Notes: generated by a model from the letters alone, not told the origin. Shown: positions 1 to 12,575, counted from the first letter of the stretch. The stretch: 32,089 nt of DNA from Octopus sinensis (GCF_006345805.1 NW_021829645.1:1-32089), one strand, 5' to 3'. Made by a program: numbers and translations.

Positions 1-555
1 ACATATACACATTCCTTGATAATCATATGAACTTGAGGTTGTATATAAATGTACAATGAGGGAGATATGTTTAGTTTGAACTGACTTAATTCCCCATATT
101 ATCGTAAAAGCTTTTACGATAATATGGTGAATCAGGTCAGTTCAAACTAAACATATCTCCCTCATTGTATATTTATATACTACCAAAATGTAACCTTTTT
201 GAACTTATAATTTTCTGTGTGTATATATACAGATACAATACCTATTTTACTCTGAACTTTTAAATAATTCTTTCTGTAAGCTGTTTTTAACATTCTATTT
301 TTATTATCAAAGAATATGTATATATGTATTGTAATGTTTTGTACCCAATATTTTAATGAACTTGTCAAATTTCTTTAACATTTTCACAAGATTTTCCCTT
401 ATTATCAAAGAATGCATATATGTATTGTAATATTTTGTGACAACCAGTACCTAACACAACAAAGATTTTACATGTTGCTTTTGACAATTCTTTCTAAATA
501 ACTGAAACTGGTCAAGTAACTAAACATTTTTAACGTTGCATTTTCAAACATTGTT
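1..555. mobile_element. Foldback (palindromic) non-coding element with hammerhead-like motif, copy A (left arm cut by window edge); Penelope-like inverted pLTR structure inferred
   Basis: Spacerless palindrome centred on AAAAG|CTTTT at 110/111 with arms at about 41-180. Homologous to 14142-14715. HHR-like motif at 475-519. Confidence 0.65.
475..519 (+). ncRNA. Degenerate minimal type I hammerhead-like motif (U3-A8 core variant)
   Basis: TTGCTT-TTGACAA-...-GAAA-CTGG-TC-AAGTAA. Stem I is TTGCTT/AAGTAA. Stem II is poor and the stem III palindrome is mutated (CTGG vs CCGG in copy B). Confidence 0.45.
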
Positions 556-588
556 TCATATATAATTCCACTCGTGCGGTACCTTAAA

Positions 589-635
589 ACTCGAAACATT
601 ACGTACGACAGTGGGTCGTACGTAATGTTTCGAGT
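589..635. repeat. Perfect 21-bp inverted repeat with 5-nt loop
   Basis: ACTCGAAACATTACGTACGAC-agtgg-GTCGTACGTAATGTTTCGAGT. An imperfect paralog lies at 14751-14798. Confidence 0.9.
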
Positions 636-774
636 GTATGGCGCAGGAATAAATCACAGCTTAATCAAGACCATCTTCATCATTTTTTCCGACAACCTCG
701 GTATTGTGCATTGGGAGATTATTCAGGGAGGACGTTTGGGGAAAATGACCGGATCTGGATTCGCGAAGTATTGA

Positions 775-911
775 ATGTTTCACGACAAAAATGCACCTAT
801 CACCTCACTCGTAAGTTTCTTGCCAAAAACAACATGCTATCGCTTCCACACCTGCCCTATTCGCGAGATTTACCACCTGCTGACTTGCATCTGTTCCTCA
901 GGATGAAAAAT
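775..911 (+). pseudogene. Tc1/mariner transposase C-terminal remnant (copy A, truncated by deletion)
   Basis: FHDKNAP (HDNAP-like), then after a frameshift RKFLAKNNMLSLPHLPYSRDLPPADLHLF, matching the mariner HPPYSPDLAPxDFxLF motif. Confidence 0.8.
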
Positions 912-1255
912 ACACGGGTTTGTTCGGTTGGAAAGCAGAGTACACGGAGAAAGACTGAATACAGAAGCAAAATTCCTATCACACAGCCATGCCAACGCCT
1001 AAGAACACACACACACACACACACACACAATACACACACACACGTATGACGGAAATGGAAAATGGATTTTACGTGATACATTAATCATTACTGCCGTTTC
1101 AACCCGTCTTCAATCGGCCCCTCAGGGATGAGATAATGGTCGATTGGCCGCGGTGCATCTTTCTTTGCAGATGTTTCTCATCAGTTGACATTTCAAAAAG
1201 TTCTCTGCTCAATAAACTCGGTTTCACTTGGTTCGATTATAAAGTATTTCGTTAG

Positions 1256-1274
1256 TTAATACTACTACTACTAC

Positions 1275-1332
<58 letters not shown>
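1256..1332 (+). repeat. (TAC)n(TAA)n microsatellite; empty Dong target site
   Basis: Flanks GTATTTCGTTAGT and TTTTAGTACGAATAAG are the same as those around the Dong element in copy B. Confidence 0.9.
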
Positions 1333-3299
1333 TTTAGTACGAATAAGGTGAAGTAGAAGAAAAAAAAAAGAAGAAGAAAAAGAAGAAGGAGAAGAAGGAC
1401 AACAACAACAACAAAAACAACGACAACAACAACAATAATAACAACGAAGAAGTCGGTGATGAAGAAAAAGTAATATAAGTAGGAAGAAAAGAGACAAGAT
1501 GGACAAGCAAAACAATAACAAGAAAATTTGGGAATGAGGATAGAAATGATAATAAAAATATATCAACATAAGTAAAATTATCAGACATACACACAGACAC
1601 AAACGTACGAGGGACACACCAAACGTTGTTTTATGTTGTGGACGACTAGCTACATTAACAGCCGGAGAAAATCATCCAACATCCACATCTTATCAAGGCA
1701 GATTGCAATTAAATACGATGCTGGGCTATTGAGCTTCAGCACTAATGAAAACCATTCAATCACAAATTCATGAAAAAATAGGCATGAACAATAATGTAAA
1801 CTGTCTGTAGAAATTTAGAGATATTTGCCAGCTTTTCAGTAGAAGTTCAAAAAATCCTAGTTTTGAAGACAATGCAATTTCTATGTATATTAGTACGTTC
1901 TTCATAAGCTGGTTTATTCGAAAACAAAACAAAGACATTCTCTGGATCCAGTATCTTACAATTCTGATGTGATCGTATTAAATTGATGTCCGTTTCGGAT
2001 TCTGTGTGTCAAAAGACTCCCAGTTCGTCTCCAGTTATTTCGTTAGCCTGACGATATTTCCAAAGTATTGTGTTGAATAAAGTTTAAATTGTTTATACAC
2101 CAAGAACGGGGATATATATTTTCATACCGTTGAATAAGGACAGATTTCATATTTTCTTTCGAGTAGGAGTAAAGCAGGCTTGAAACCGATTCACAGGATG
2201 ACCAAGTCTAGAGGGAAGGAGAAAAGATGGTATTCTTCAACTGAAGAATGTTTAAGACAATATGGACTTCACTAAATGCACTTAAAATTACTATGTGGCG
2301 GTTTTGAACAGAGATGTGGTTTAAGACTACCAATGAAATAGGCCATTAGAGACAGAGAAAGGATACAGCATAGCCGTGGACACGGTGTTGAAACACGGTC
2401 ATTTGTAATGGGCTGAAGATTAGACAAGTGTCCCTCACAACCTTACTTGAAAACTTACACTTCGTTGAGCATTATTAGCAGTGAAGATCTTTCTTGGCGA
2501 AAGTAGATCCTTTGCATAGCTAGTACGGTATTTTAAAGTCCAATCCTTCTCTTTGCAGCCAAAACTTCAGACCATTTACAATGCTCAAATGAAACACACG
2601 ATGAAGAAATCTTTCTACACCTGGAAGGGTGATACACATCCGGGATTGCATCGAAAGAAAGGTGACGTGGCTAAATTTTACTCTATCCCTAATAGACATA
2701 CTCTAACAGCTATCTCGCAGGCAGGATATCTCTTCTCTTTGTTTTGCCACTATCACTGTCATGCTACAGATTCTTGTAGGAGTTGGCTGAGCTCTTGACC
2801 CCACCAAGCAGGTACTACCGACTCACACGTCTATTCCTTTGCTCCTCGATCTTAAACATCAGTTCGTTTTCAGTATGAACCTCTGTGCTAAACACTTCAA
2901 CCCTTCATCATTCCTGTAAATGTTGGCCTGTAGCAGCTTAAACGGAACGTTCATGGTATCTATCTCAGATTTCATTCAATTCGCGCTTAAATTATGAAAG
3001 ATGAAAATACCTAACTTATTAAACAGAACATTGACTTTGCTATTTCACATCTTCAGATTTACGAGGTTTAAAGAATAACATTAACAAAACATTGCTATTT
3101 GCTTTACATTAGGATTTCTCAAAAGGTGAAAACGTTCCAAATTTGTTGACAAATGGGACTGATCGAATGAATCGATGCAGTTTAGTATTTGAATATTTGA
3201 TTATAACTTGGAGTGATTAATGCTGTGATGCGAAGAGCGAGAGAAAAGATGGAGTAGAGGGAAAAAGCGGGTAAGGTGAAGAGCGAGAGAAAAACAGGC

Positions 3300-3650
3300 A
3301 GAGAGAGAAGGAGGGAGAGGGAAAGAGGGTAAGAGAAGCGTCTATGACGTGTGGTAGGGGGAACGTAATAGTTATTACGTGGTTAAAAATGTTGGTTGAA
3401 GGTATTGATATAGAGGAGAGTGAGAAACAGAATTGTAGCAGAGGATCGATGTTCTGATGGTGAGATTAAAGAAAGGCAGAGAAAGAGAGAGAGAGAGAGA
3501 GAAAGAGATGATGATGATGATGATGATGAATGTGTTTGTGGTGTTAGTGGTGGTGGTGGAGGTTGCGTTGGTGAGTGTGTGTGAAGAGTGTAACGTTTTA
3601 ATTGATATATTTTTTAATACCACCTATTACTTAAAGCATGCGCATAAGTG
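3300..3650 (+). repeat. Older diverged duplicate of 20150-20480
   Basis: Shared blocks TGTGGTAGGGGGAACGTAATA(G/T)TTATTACGTG, GATGTTCTGATG..GAGATTAAA and CCTAT(T/C)ACTTAA..CATGC.CATAA in the same order. Confidence 0.8.
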
Positions 3651-4323
3651 CAATCGTCTGCTCGCTTGAAAAATGTTATTTGTTTATAAACCAAAGATGA
3701 GAGACGATGTAAGCGAACAACAGAAAGAATGAAACCAAATGGGCAATGGCACCAAGAGAAGCAGAGGGTCTTATCCAGAAGGACTGAAGGTGTTTTAAAA
3801 CGACAATTATGTAGAATATACAATTTTTAAAGGAGCGTTAATTTTTATGTCTCCACATAAACTTACAACCATCTAAAATCTTTCGCATTTTCCGCGGAAT
3901 TTCTACGGGTGCTGCTAATGTATTAAAGAATTACTCTGCTAATGCTGCTCCATCTCTCCAGACGTGAAATCTTTTAAAAACACTTAAAAATTACATAAGT
4001 TTTCAGGTGAATCGAGACATATTCATCAGCAGAAACTTCACCTGAACTTGCATAATTCTTTAGGACTAATAATTGATACGTGTTTATTGTTTGTGATAAC
4101 GTAAATTTCACTTTTGACATTCTATTACAAATAAAATTTTCTTAAGTTGCTCATATAACACTTTTTGGCATTCTTCATTTACGTATTTTAAGAATTTGAC
4201 AGTTTGAGCGCATCTCTTTATTATCTGCACTTTAAACCATCAGTTTAACTTTTAATTGCATAAATAATTATTTCTTCTCTCTCTCTTTGTCTCTCTCAAT
4301 ATATATATATATATATATATATA

Positions 4324-4654
4324 GGCGTAGGAGTGGCTGTGTGGTAAGTATGTTGCTTACGAACCACATGGTTCCGGGTTCAGTCCCACTGTGTGGCACC
4401 TTTGGCAAGTGTCTTCTGCCATAAACTCAGGCCGATTTGTGAGTAGATTTCATTGACAGAAACTGAAAGAAGCCTGTCGTATGTAAGTATATATATATGT
4501 ATGTGTGTATGTATATGTTTGTGTGTCTGTGTTTGTCTTCCCAACATCGCCTGACAACCGATACTGGTGTGTTTACGTCTTAGCGGTTCAGAAAAAGAAA
4601 CCGATAGAATAAGTACTAGGCTTACAAAAAATAAGTTCTGAGGTCGATTTGTTC
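4324..4654 (+). mobile_element. tRNA-derived SINE (3'-truncated), same family as 13226-13633
   Basis: Head GGCGTAGGAGTGGCTGTGTGGTAAG with A-box-like TGGCTGTGTGG and B-box-like GGTTCAGTCCC. Follows a (TA)n tract and contains an internal (TA/TG)n tract. Confidence 0.9.
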
Positions 4655-4656
4655 GA

Positions 4657-5900
4657 TGTTTCTTTATCTCTCTCCCCTTAATACCACTCGCGGTACAAAA
4701 TTGATCAGTGTGTCCAATCTCAGCAAAATCCGAAGAAAAATGGTAAGGTTATATCATAAAACAGATTCCATGTGACCATTTACACGAAAATATCCCATTG
4801 ACATTTAAATCTTAGTACGGATATTTCATACGTCGAAGTGCTTAATTTTGCTCACGGTTCTTCAAAATCAGTCCATTAATTTATTGTGAATGATTTGAGG
4901 ATTTCCGCCTCGCACTAGTTTAATTTTAATTCTTCTACATGTCTTCAAAATTAAACTTTCCCTAAAAGTGAAAGCTCATCAAAATCGGATGAATTCTGTA
5001 AAAGTTACTGTATAAAATATTAATCCTATGGGTGATTGCATGCAAAAACCCTATTGATTTCTTAAAATCCTCTGCTCACGCGCAGATATCGATTATTTGT
5101 CAACTCTTCATGCTGGCATCAACAAATACACATGAACTATAATCACGTATAAAATTTCTATAAAATCGATAAGAATGTGTCTAAGTATATGCTTATTTGC
5201 ATTTATGCCTATTTCAAGCCATTTTGAATTAAATAAATACCTTTTCAGTCTCCCCCACCAATCATTTACCTATATCTCAACTTTCATTAAAATCGGATAA
5301 AAAACATGAAATTTACGGCCAAAAACAAAGCCCCTACTGGTAATTGCACTCTAAACATCTATTGATTTTAGAAAGCTACTGCCCTGGCGCAATTAGTGAT
5401 TTTTCAACGTCATATACTGAGATCAACTTACTGCCGTCAACCTCGATCACTCATCGATTTTCACAGAATCGGACAAAAAATGCAAAAGCTGCAGGAAAAA
5501 TAACATCGTTATGAGAATATGAAAGGTTACCGAACAAACTATTTAAAATGTCGCCATCGTTCTTAAATTACGTTTCACTTTTCGTTTGAAAAGAAAGAAA
5601 GTGTGGATTATAATGGTGGTCGCTGAATTCCCAAATTTTTCATTTAAAACTTTTTTAAATGCGTCGTTCAAAAGCATTGGCCAAAATCGGTACCGATTGG
5701 GATAGGGGATGTGAAAAAAAATCAACACACATTAAAACAATTTCTAAAGAGCTTCCTGCCATCATCTGCAAATTTGAGGTGAAAAAAATGGAAAATCCTC
5801 ACCAGAACGTAGAAAAGGTATCTTATGAGGGAATGCTGTACCAAAAGTACCAAAATATCCTGTTGTGGGATACGCTCGCAACGAAGGGATATTTATCTAG
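4657..5900 (+). mobile_element. Non-autonomous interspersed repeat with internal subrepeats (AAAATCGG motif); possible Helitron-type 3' end
   Basis: 4657-5340 is homologous to 30905-31520. A TTTCAT.AAAATCGGA-like motif recurs at about 4981, 5161, 5290, 5467 and 5684. Hairpin AAATATCC..GGATATTT (5853-5894) is followed by CTAG (5897-5900). The class assignment is inference. Confidence 0.55.
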
Positions 5901-7307
5901 AGTATATAGATATATGCGTATGTGTGTGTAGGGAATAGCGTAGACACAATGCAGGCTACATAAACTTCATAGCTAAGAGAACCACAAAAGTAGCATATTA
6001 TCCTAACATGGGGTATACCACAAGCTACTATTCAGTCAAAGGATATCGTGATTATGTGAAGTTTACATTCTCGTTAGAATCCCCGTGTAAACTTGTTGGG
6101 AATTTGATCAAAATGCAATGAAAGAATAGTTCGGGAGGAAAACAGTTGAGCAGAAGGAAAATGCAAATAAAATAGAAGAAATCCTATGTATAAGAATGAG
6201 AACGTTTGTTACTGATTAAGGAGTGTACGAAGACAAGGTTTGATATGGAAATTGGCTGGCGAGTGGCTTTATGCACGTATTCCGGGGTCATTCACGGGTC
6301 CGTTAGGATAGATAAGTAAATATATTGTAGCATATATATAGAGCCATTTAAAACAGAATTATAGGATGAAGATATAGGTGTAGTATTTGAAGTGGATAGA
6401 GTGGTGTTTGAAGGAGAGGAAGGAGGAAGATAGTGTATTTACGTTGTAAAATAGTAGACCACGGTTTGCTCGTCGAGTTGGTAGAACTAATTTGGCTTTA
6501 AAATCTAAGGACGGCGAGTGAAGTGGGAGATAGTAGTAGTAGTAGTAGCTTTCATCTGAGATTATTATGTGAGTGCGTATTAGTTCACACGCGCGTATAT
6601 GGTGTGCGTCTGTAGAATCTAGTAGTTGTGTACGCGTGCCAGGGTCTTTGTATATTATCATATACTGAGGGATGTGTGTAGAGAGAGAAGAGTTAAGAAA
6701 ATTTATGACGTATACACGATAAGGAAAACAGGTTGGGAATTAAAAAATGAAAGAATAAAATGTTTAGGAAATGTTTACCAATATGTATGCAGAATAATAT
6801 TGACATAACTATAATAAATCTATGATATATTGATTGTAAAATTAATATACTTATATCTTTCATAAACATCTGTAAGATATTATATTTATATTCTATAATT
6901 TAATTTTGATATACTATCTGTTGTGAATAACATAATACACCTAATCTAATATTAATAATAATAATATTAGTAATAACTGAATATTATATGTACTTATGGA
7001 TGTAGATGTATATGTATGTTCAGTATATATTTATATATATAGAGTGGATGTATACTCACAATATGAGGGCTAAACAGCGGTGTTGTAATTCCCTTACGGG
7101 ACAGTTACGTTATGTTGACAGTATACAACCACACCTTCGCTCCACCACCGCTCATGACTCTTCGAGACATTTAGAAATTTAATATTTCTGATATATATGT
7201 ATATATATACTGACGTATTTTTGCCACTTCAATATGGCTAACCCCTAAGGGTGGATGCTATATATATATATATATACTCTTTTTTATATATATATATATA
7301 TATATAT

Positions 7308-7515
7308 ACTCTTTTACTCTTTTACTTGTTTCAGTCATTTGACCGCGGCCATGCTGGTGCACCGCCTTTAATCGAGCAACTCGAACCCGGGACTTATTCT
7401 TTGTAAGCCCAGTACTTATTCGATCGGTCTCTTTTGCCGAACCACTAAGTGAGGGGACATCAACAAGCGATGTCAAGCGATGTTGGGGGGACAAACACAG
7501 ACATACAAACACACG
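7308..7515 (-). mobile_element. 3' half of the same SINE family, inverted
   Basis: Reverse complement matches the 13440-13633 tail (GACTGAAACAAGTAAAAGAGTAAAAGAGT). Confidence 0.85.
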
Positions 7516-7689
7516 CGCACACACAAACACACACACACACACGCAGAATGAGATACTTTTATCTATGGGCTGAAACAGCTGCAAGTTATTTTACTAATTT
7601 ATATTCATGTTGTTCAATAATTACTTGTATACTTTTCTTATATGCTATATGTATGTATGTTATTATAATTATGTATGTTATTATAATTA

Positions 7690-10600
7690 GTTTAGATTTC
7701 GATTCGACACTCTTCCGGCAGCTCCTGCAACCTGGCTGGTGCCAAACGTAATGCTCTGCACTCCTTTGGACTACATCATCAAGGTCGAGAGAAGAATCCT
7801 GACGATTGGGCTACCCAGGATTTTCTTAATTCTAGCCCAGGCCTGCGCAAAAGTAGAGAGGACACTTCAGTGCTGCTGTAAAACGTGGCAGAAAAAATAC
7901 GGGTGTTAACCGTCACGGGCGATAAGTCCATTGATATGGACACCACGGGACACCTCTGACCGTGAGAGGGACATCCATGTCCCATTGGTTAGCTACTGCC
8001 TATCTGAAGCTGGGCAGCCCCCAGTTAATAAGTTGCTGACCCGCCACAGGTCGCCTACTTCATTGGGTGCTTGGAGCTAAGAGTTTGACTTGAAAACACT
8101 TCAAAATTACATAAGGTCGGCACCAGGCAAACAACTAAAAGACAAGAAACCACCAGTCCTACGGTTAGGAAGCTGGAATGTCAGGGCCATGTGCCCTGGT
8201 ATATCTGATGATCTACTCAGGGTTGAAGACACAAGAAAGGCGGTCATCATTGACCATGAACTAGAGAGGCTTAACATAGACACTGCTGGGCTGCAGGAGA
8301 CAAGACTCCCCTCAAACAGCAAACTCAAAGAACAGGATTTCACCTTCTTTTGGCAGGGAAGCGTTCCAGAAGAACCTCGTCAGCATGGCGTTGGCTTTGC
8401 AGCGAGAAACTCATTACTCTCCTCAATAGAACCACCATCAGGAGACACTGAGCGTATCCTCTCACTGCGCCTCTCGACTTCTTCTGGCTCAGTACATCTA
8501 CCCAGCTTCTATGCTCCCGCTGTCTACGGCTCAGAGGAGACCAAGTACCAGTTCTATAAAGATCTCAACTGTGTCATTAAAAATATACCAACAAATGAAA
8601 ACATCTACCTTTTAGGAGATTTTCTCGCTCGCGTGGGATCTGACCATGATTCGTGGCCCATTTGTGTTGGACACCCTGATATTGGCAACATGAATGACAA
8701 TGGTGAGAGACTACTTGAATTTTGCACATACCATAACCTGTGCATCACCAACACATTATTTGCCAACAAGACATCCCACAAGACATCTTGGAGACATTCA
8801 AGATCTCACTACTGGCATCAGCTGGATCTCATTATCACACGAAGTTCCTTTCTGAATTCTATTCAACTCACCCGTACTTACCACAGCACGGATTGTGTCA
8901 CAGATCACTCACTAATTAGAAGCAGGGTGACGATCCTGCTTAAAAAGTCCATCACTCCAAGAAAATGGGCCGACCACGCATTAACACTGCCAGAACCTCG
9001 GACCCTACACTGCGAAAATGTTTTGCTGTTTCTATCAAGTTTGCCCTCAGTAGCTGCCCAACCTCCTCTGCTGAAAGTAGGTGGAATTATATCAGGAAAG
9101 CTTTGTATACCACATCAATAGATACTTTCGGCATGAGAGAAAGGCAAGATCGAGATTAGTTCAGAGCTGGAACCAGTTATCGAAGCAAAGCGTGTAGCTC
9201 TGATGCAATACAAGAGTGATTCTTCTACAAAATCACTCGAAGAACTCAGAAAGGCAAAAATATAACCCAACTGACAGTCAGACATTGTGCAAATAGGTAT
9301 TGGCAGGAAATCTGTCAGAGTATCCAGTCAGCTGCTGACAGGGGCGACACCCGTGGGATGTATGCCGGTTTGAAGAAGGCCCTCGGTCCATCCGCAACCA
9401 AGTCAGCTCCTCTGAAATCAACTACTGGAGATCTCATCAAGGACCAAAGGAAGCAAATGGATAGATGGGTGGAATACTACCAGGATCTCTACTCACGGCA
9501 GACCACGGTAGCTGAGGTTGCAATCGAGAGTGTCAAGATCTTGCAAGTTATGAGCGAACTTGACATTCCGCCATCTATAGAAGAGCTATAGACGCCCTAG
9601 AAAGGGTATTGACACCTTAGCAAGTAGCAAATCTCCGGGAAAAGACGGCATCCCCTCAGAGATCATCAAAGCCGGCAAAAACACAATCCTGCTTCGGCAC
9701 CTTCATGAGCTTCTGTATCAGTGCTGGGAAGAGCGTACAGTCTCTCAGGATATGCGGGATGCTAACATCATTACGCTTTACAAAAACAAAGGTGACCGTG
9801 GTGATTGTAACAATTACCGTGGAATATCTCATCTACGTACTGTTGGAAGGACCTTTGCTCGCGTTATCCTGTCCAGGCTACAACTGCTTACTTTTCGAAT
9901 TTATCCGAAATCGCAGTGTGGCTTTAGAAGAAGCTGATCAACTACTGACATGATATTCTCCATACGCCAACTTCAGGAGAAGTCCAGAGAACAGAAAATG
10001 CCATTATATATGACCTTCATTGATCTGACAAAGGCCTTTGACTCTGTAAGTAGAAAAGGCCTCTTCATCCTGCTCCAAAAAATCGAATGTCCACCAAAGC
10101 TGCTGAGGATCATCAAATCTTTCCATGATGATATGCAAGGCACCATACAGCACAATGGATCAACATCAGCCGCCTTCCAAATAAAAAACGGAGTAAAGCA
10201 AGGTTGTGTCCTTGTTCCTACATTATTTAGCATCTTCTCGTTGCTGCTCTCACATGCCTCTCAGACATTTTCAAATGGGAGTTGTTGTCTTCTGCAGAGT
10301 AGAAGTGACGGGAGACTGTTCAGGTCTCCGCGCCTGCGTGGCAAGACCAAAATAAGAAGCGTCCTGATCAAAGAAATGATGCAGCTATGGTATCACACAC
10401 AGAAGAAGCCCTACAAAGGCTCATCACATGGGACAACAATAAGCTGACCAAGAACACAAAAATGAAGATTTACCAGGCATGTGTACTTAGCACTCTACTG
10501 TATAGAAGTGAGACTTGGACGCTATACACACGCCAAGAGCGTCGCCTAAATATATTTCATTTGCGCTGCCTCCGGAAAATCCTTCGCATCAGATGGCATA

Positions 10601-11142
10601 ACCATCTCCCCAACAAAGATGTCCTCAAGCAAGCAGGAATACTAAGCATGTTTGCACTCCTCACACAAAGACGTATGAGATGGCTTGGGCATGTTAGCCG
10701 TATGGAAGATGGCAGAATCCCCAAGGACATACTCTACGGAGAGCTTGCTAGGGGCACTAGGTCTGTGGGAAGACCGCTCTTACGTTACAAGGATGTTTGC
10801 AAAAGGGTAATAAATGCCTGCAACATCAATATTACCAACTGTCAAGCAGTTGCCAGCAACCGTGGAGATTGTCGACGTACCGTAAAAGAGGGAACACAAT
10901 GGAGTGACAGAGAGAGGAGAAATGGAAATACAAGAAAAGATGTCAACAAGAAATTATGACATTACAACCAGCCAGGCAAAGTCTTCGCTACATTTGCGGT
11001 GCCTGCCGGAGGGAGTGTTTGTCCAGGATAGGACTACACAGCCACAGCAGGAGATGTATTAGGATATGAAATGTAAAAACCGGACTAGATTATTTTATGC
11101 GCAACTCCATTGTCTCCCGAGACAAAAAGGATACCAACAACA
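7690..11142 (+). mobile_element. RTE-clade non-LTR retrotransposon, near full length, decayed
   Basis: APE endonuclease (LGSWNVR, GLQETR, GVGF, LLGDF, HQLDLI, TDH). RT (NYRGIS, SQCGFR, FIDLTKAFDSV, GVKQGCVL). C-terminus RWLGHV, GRIPK and the CGAC..HSRRC zinc finger (about 10995-11056). 3' end CCATTGTCTCCCGAGAC..(CAA)n. TSD ATTATAATTA at 7680-7689 and 11143-11152. Multiple frameshifts and stops. Confidence 0.95.
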
Positions 11143-11237
11143 ATTATAATTATCAGTTAAACAAATAAATAAGTTAATATTTCTAATGTCCTAAAGTTGA
11201 TGAACCAACTATTGTTCTCCTCCATTTTCTTACGTGC

Positions 11238-11298
<61 letters not shown>

Positions 11299-11304
11299 AT
11301 ATAT

Positions 11305-11365
<61 letters not shown>

Positions 11366-11390
11366 GTATATATGTATGTATGTATATATG
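11238..11390. repeat. (TA)n microsatellite
   Basis: Long, nearly pure TA tract. Confidence 0.95.
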
Positions 11391-12298
11391 AGGAGGCAAA
11401 ACTATAGGTAAATTTGTTGTTCACAATGCACCATAATTTAAAAAACTTGTAATTGGTTTTAAATAACCTTATTTACATACATACAAAACTAGTTTCAACA
11501 ATATTTTGGGTTTATCAATGGTAAAAATTTAAAATAATGAACGAAAAAAACATGTTTCAATGTTTACAAGTTTCAGTAATATGATTTAAATATTCATAAC
11601 ATTCAATAATATAAAAGATGTGGAATATCTTGGTTAAAAGCATAAAATTCAAAAGATTGATAAGAAATGTGTATCATCAGAGTTTCGGCCATACAGGGTA
11701 AAGAAGGAGAAAAACAAGGGAGTAATGGAGATAGTGGAAAAAGGGAAATCTTTGAGCACAGTCCCTGTGAATCATTTTCCGTCGTGTGCTTGTAACGGCG
11801 TTTTTTGGAATTGGATGTGTTTACAATTTTTTTCCGTGAACCGATCTGATATTTGCTTCATTAAATTACAAGTGACCTCTAATTTTTCTGGTGGGCAAGG
11901 TTGTGGTTCTGCCTGATGGGCTTCCCATTGGGGGACGGGCATAAGCCATTCCAGTTGATTGATTCTCTTAAAGCGTCACTTTGTTGTGTTTGCTCAAGTT
12001 CGGTTCTGATCAGATGTAAAATTTCAATGATTTATGTGACATCAGCAACTGGTGTTTATATGGTGTTATTGTATGGCGATTCGGATTTGCCATTTCGATA
12101 CCTGTGTTGAAGACTGTTACTAAAGATTTTTGAATTATGTCTGTTGTATCTCAGTTTTTTATTGTGGAAAAATTGTTTCTTTTTCCTTTTTCTGTTTAGT
12201 GTTTAAACAGAGGTGAATAAGAGAGAATGAATTAAACGATATTCTTTATTCTAAAACACTACCATTGTATATTGTTCAGATGATATAATTAATATATA

Positions 12299-12575
12299 GC
12301 GCATGGCTCTGTGGTTAGAGCGTGGAGCTTATAATCGTGCTGCGTGTTGAGTTCTTGAGCAAGACCCTTTCTTTCGCGTTGCTCCAGTTCAATCAGCTGT
12401 AAAAATGAGTTGCGACGACACAGGTTCCAAGTTGTATCAGCCTCTTTGCCTTTCCCTTAGATAGAGAGGGGAGGCCGATATGCTGGTCTTCCATAAACAA
12501 CATTGCCCGGACTTGTGCCTGGGAGGGTACTTTTTAGGTGCAATCCCACGGTCAGTCATGACCGACGGGGATCTC
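12299..12575 (+). mobile_element. Second SINE family, tRNA-like head, degenerate
   Basis: GCGCATGGCTCTGTGGTTAGAGCG head (A-box-like; B box apparently deleted), followed by a TTCTTGAGCAAGAC core-like segment. Confidence 0.6.

Larger units (their letters stand above)
1..1660 (+). repeat. Local direct duplication, copy A (runs off the left edge of the window)
   Basis: Colinear high similarity by eye to 14142-17253, from ACATATACACATTCCTTGAT to the shared end GTGGACGACTAGCTACATTAACA. Copy A lacks the Dong insertion and a 233-bp segment present in copy B. Confidence 0.95.

Noticed and set aside
1252-1617. Hydrophobic ORFs (also 16703-17369, 18209-18669, 19440-19925) that look like membrane proteins
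   Set aside because: They are translations of TAA, GAA, GAT, TAG and CAA microsatellites.
2140-2420. VGVKQ and EGRRK/DRER snippets hinting at an ancient RTE-like LINE
   Set aside because: Too short and degenerate to call without a profile search.
2459-2620. Minus-strand segment before a GTAAGT with a vague TIR or LRR C-cap resemblance
   Set aside because: It has in-frame stops and no diagnostic motif, so it cannot be supported by eye.
3867-3970. Possible minus-strand exon ending ..DFRWL before GTAAGT (LRR N-cap-like VEIP in another frame)
   Set aside because: Every frame from the plausible acceptors contains a stop, and there is no convincing LRR consensus.
4960-5700. CRISPR-like recurrence of the AAAATCGG motif
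   Set aside because: Spacing is irregular, the repeats are degenerate, the intervening sequences are related to each other, the context is eukaryotic and there are no cas genes.
7545-7590. GAAACAGCTGCAAG, resembling the 3' half of a hammerhead
   Set aside because: No upstream CUGANGA core or stem I is present.
11157-11424. YI-repeat ORFs, and the MYVC/HTYI ORFs at 12663-13108
   Set aside because: They are (TA)n and (ATGT)n artefacts.
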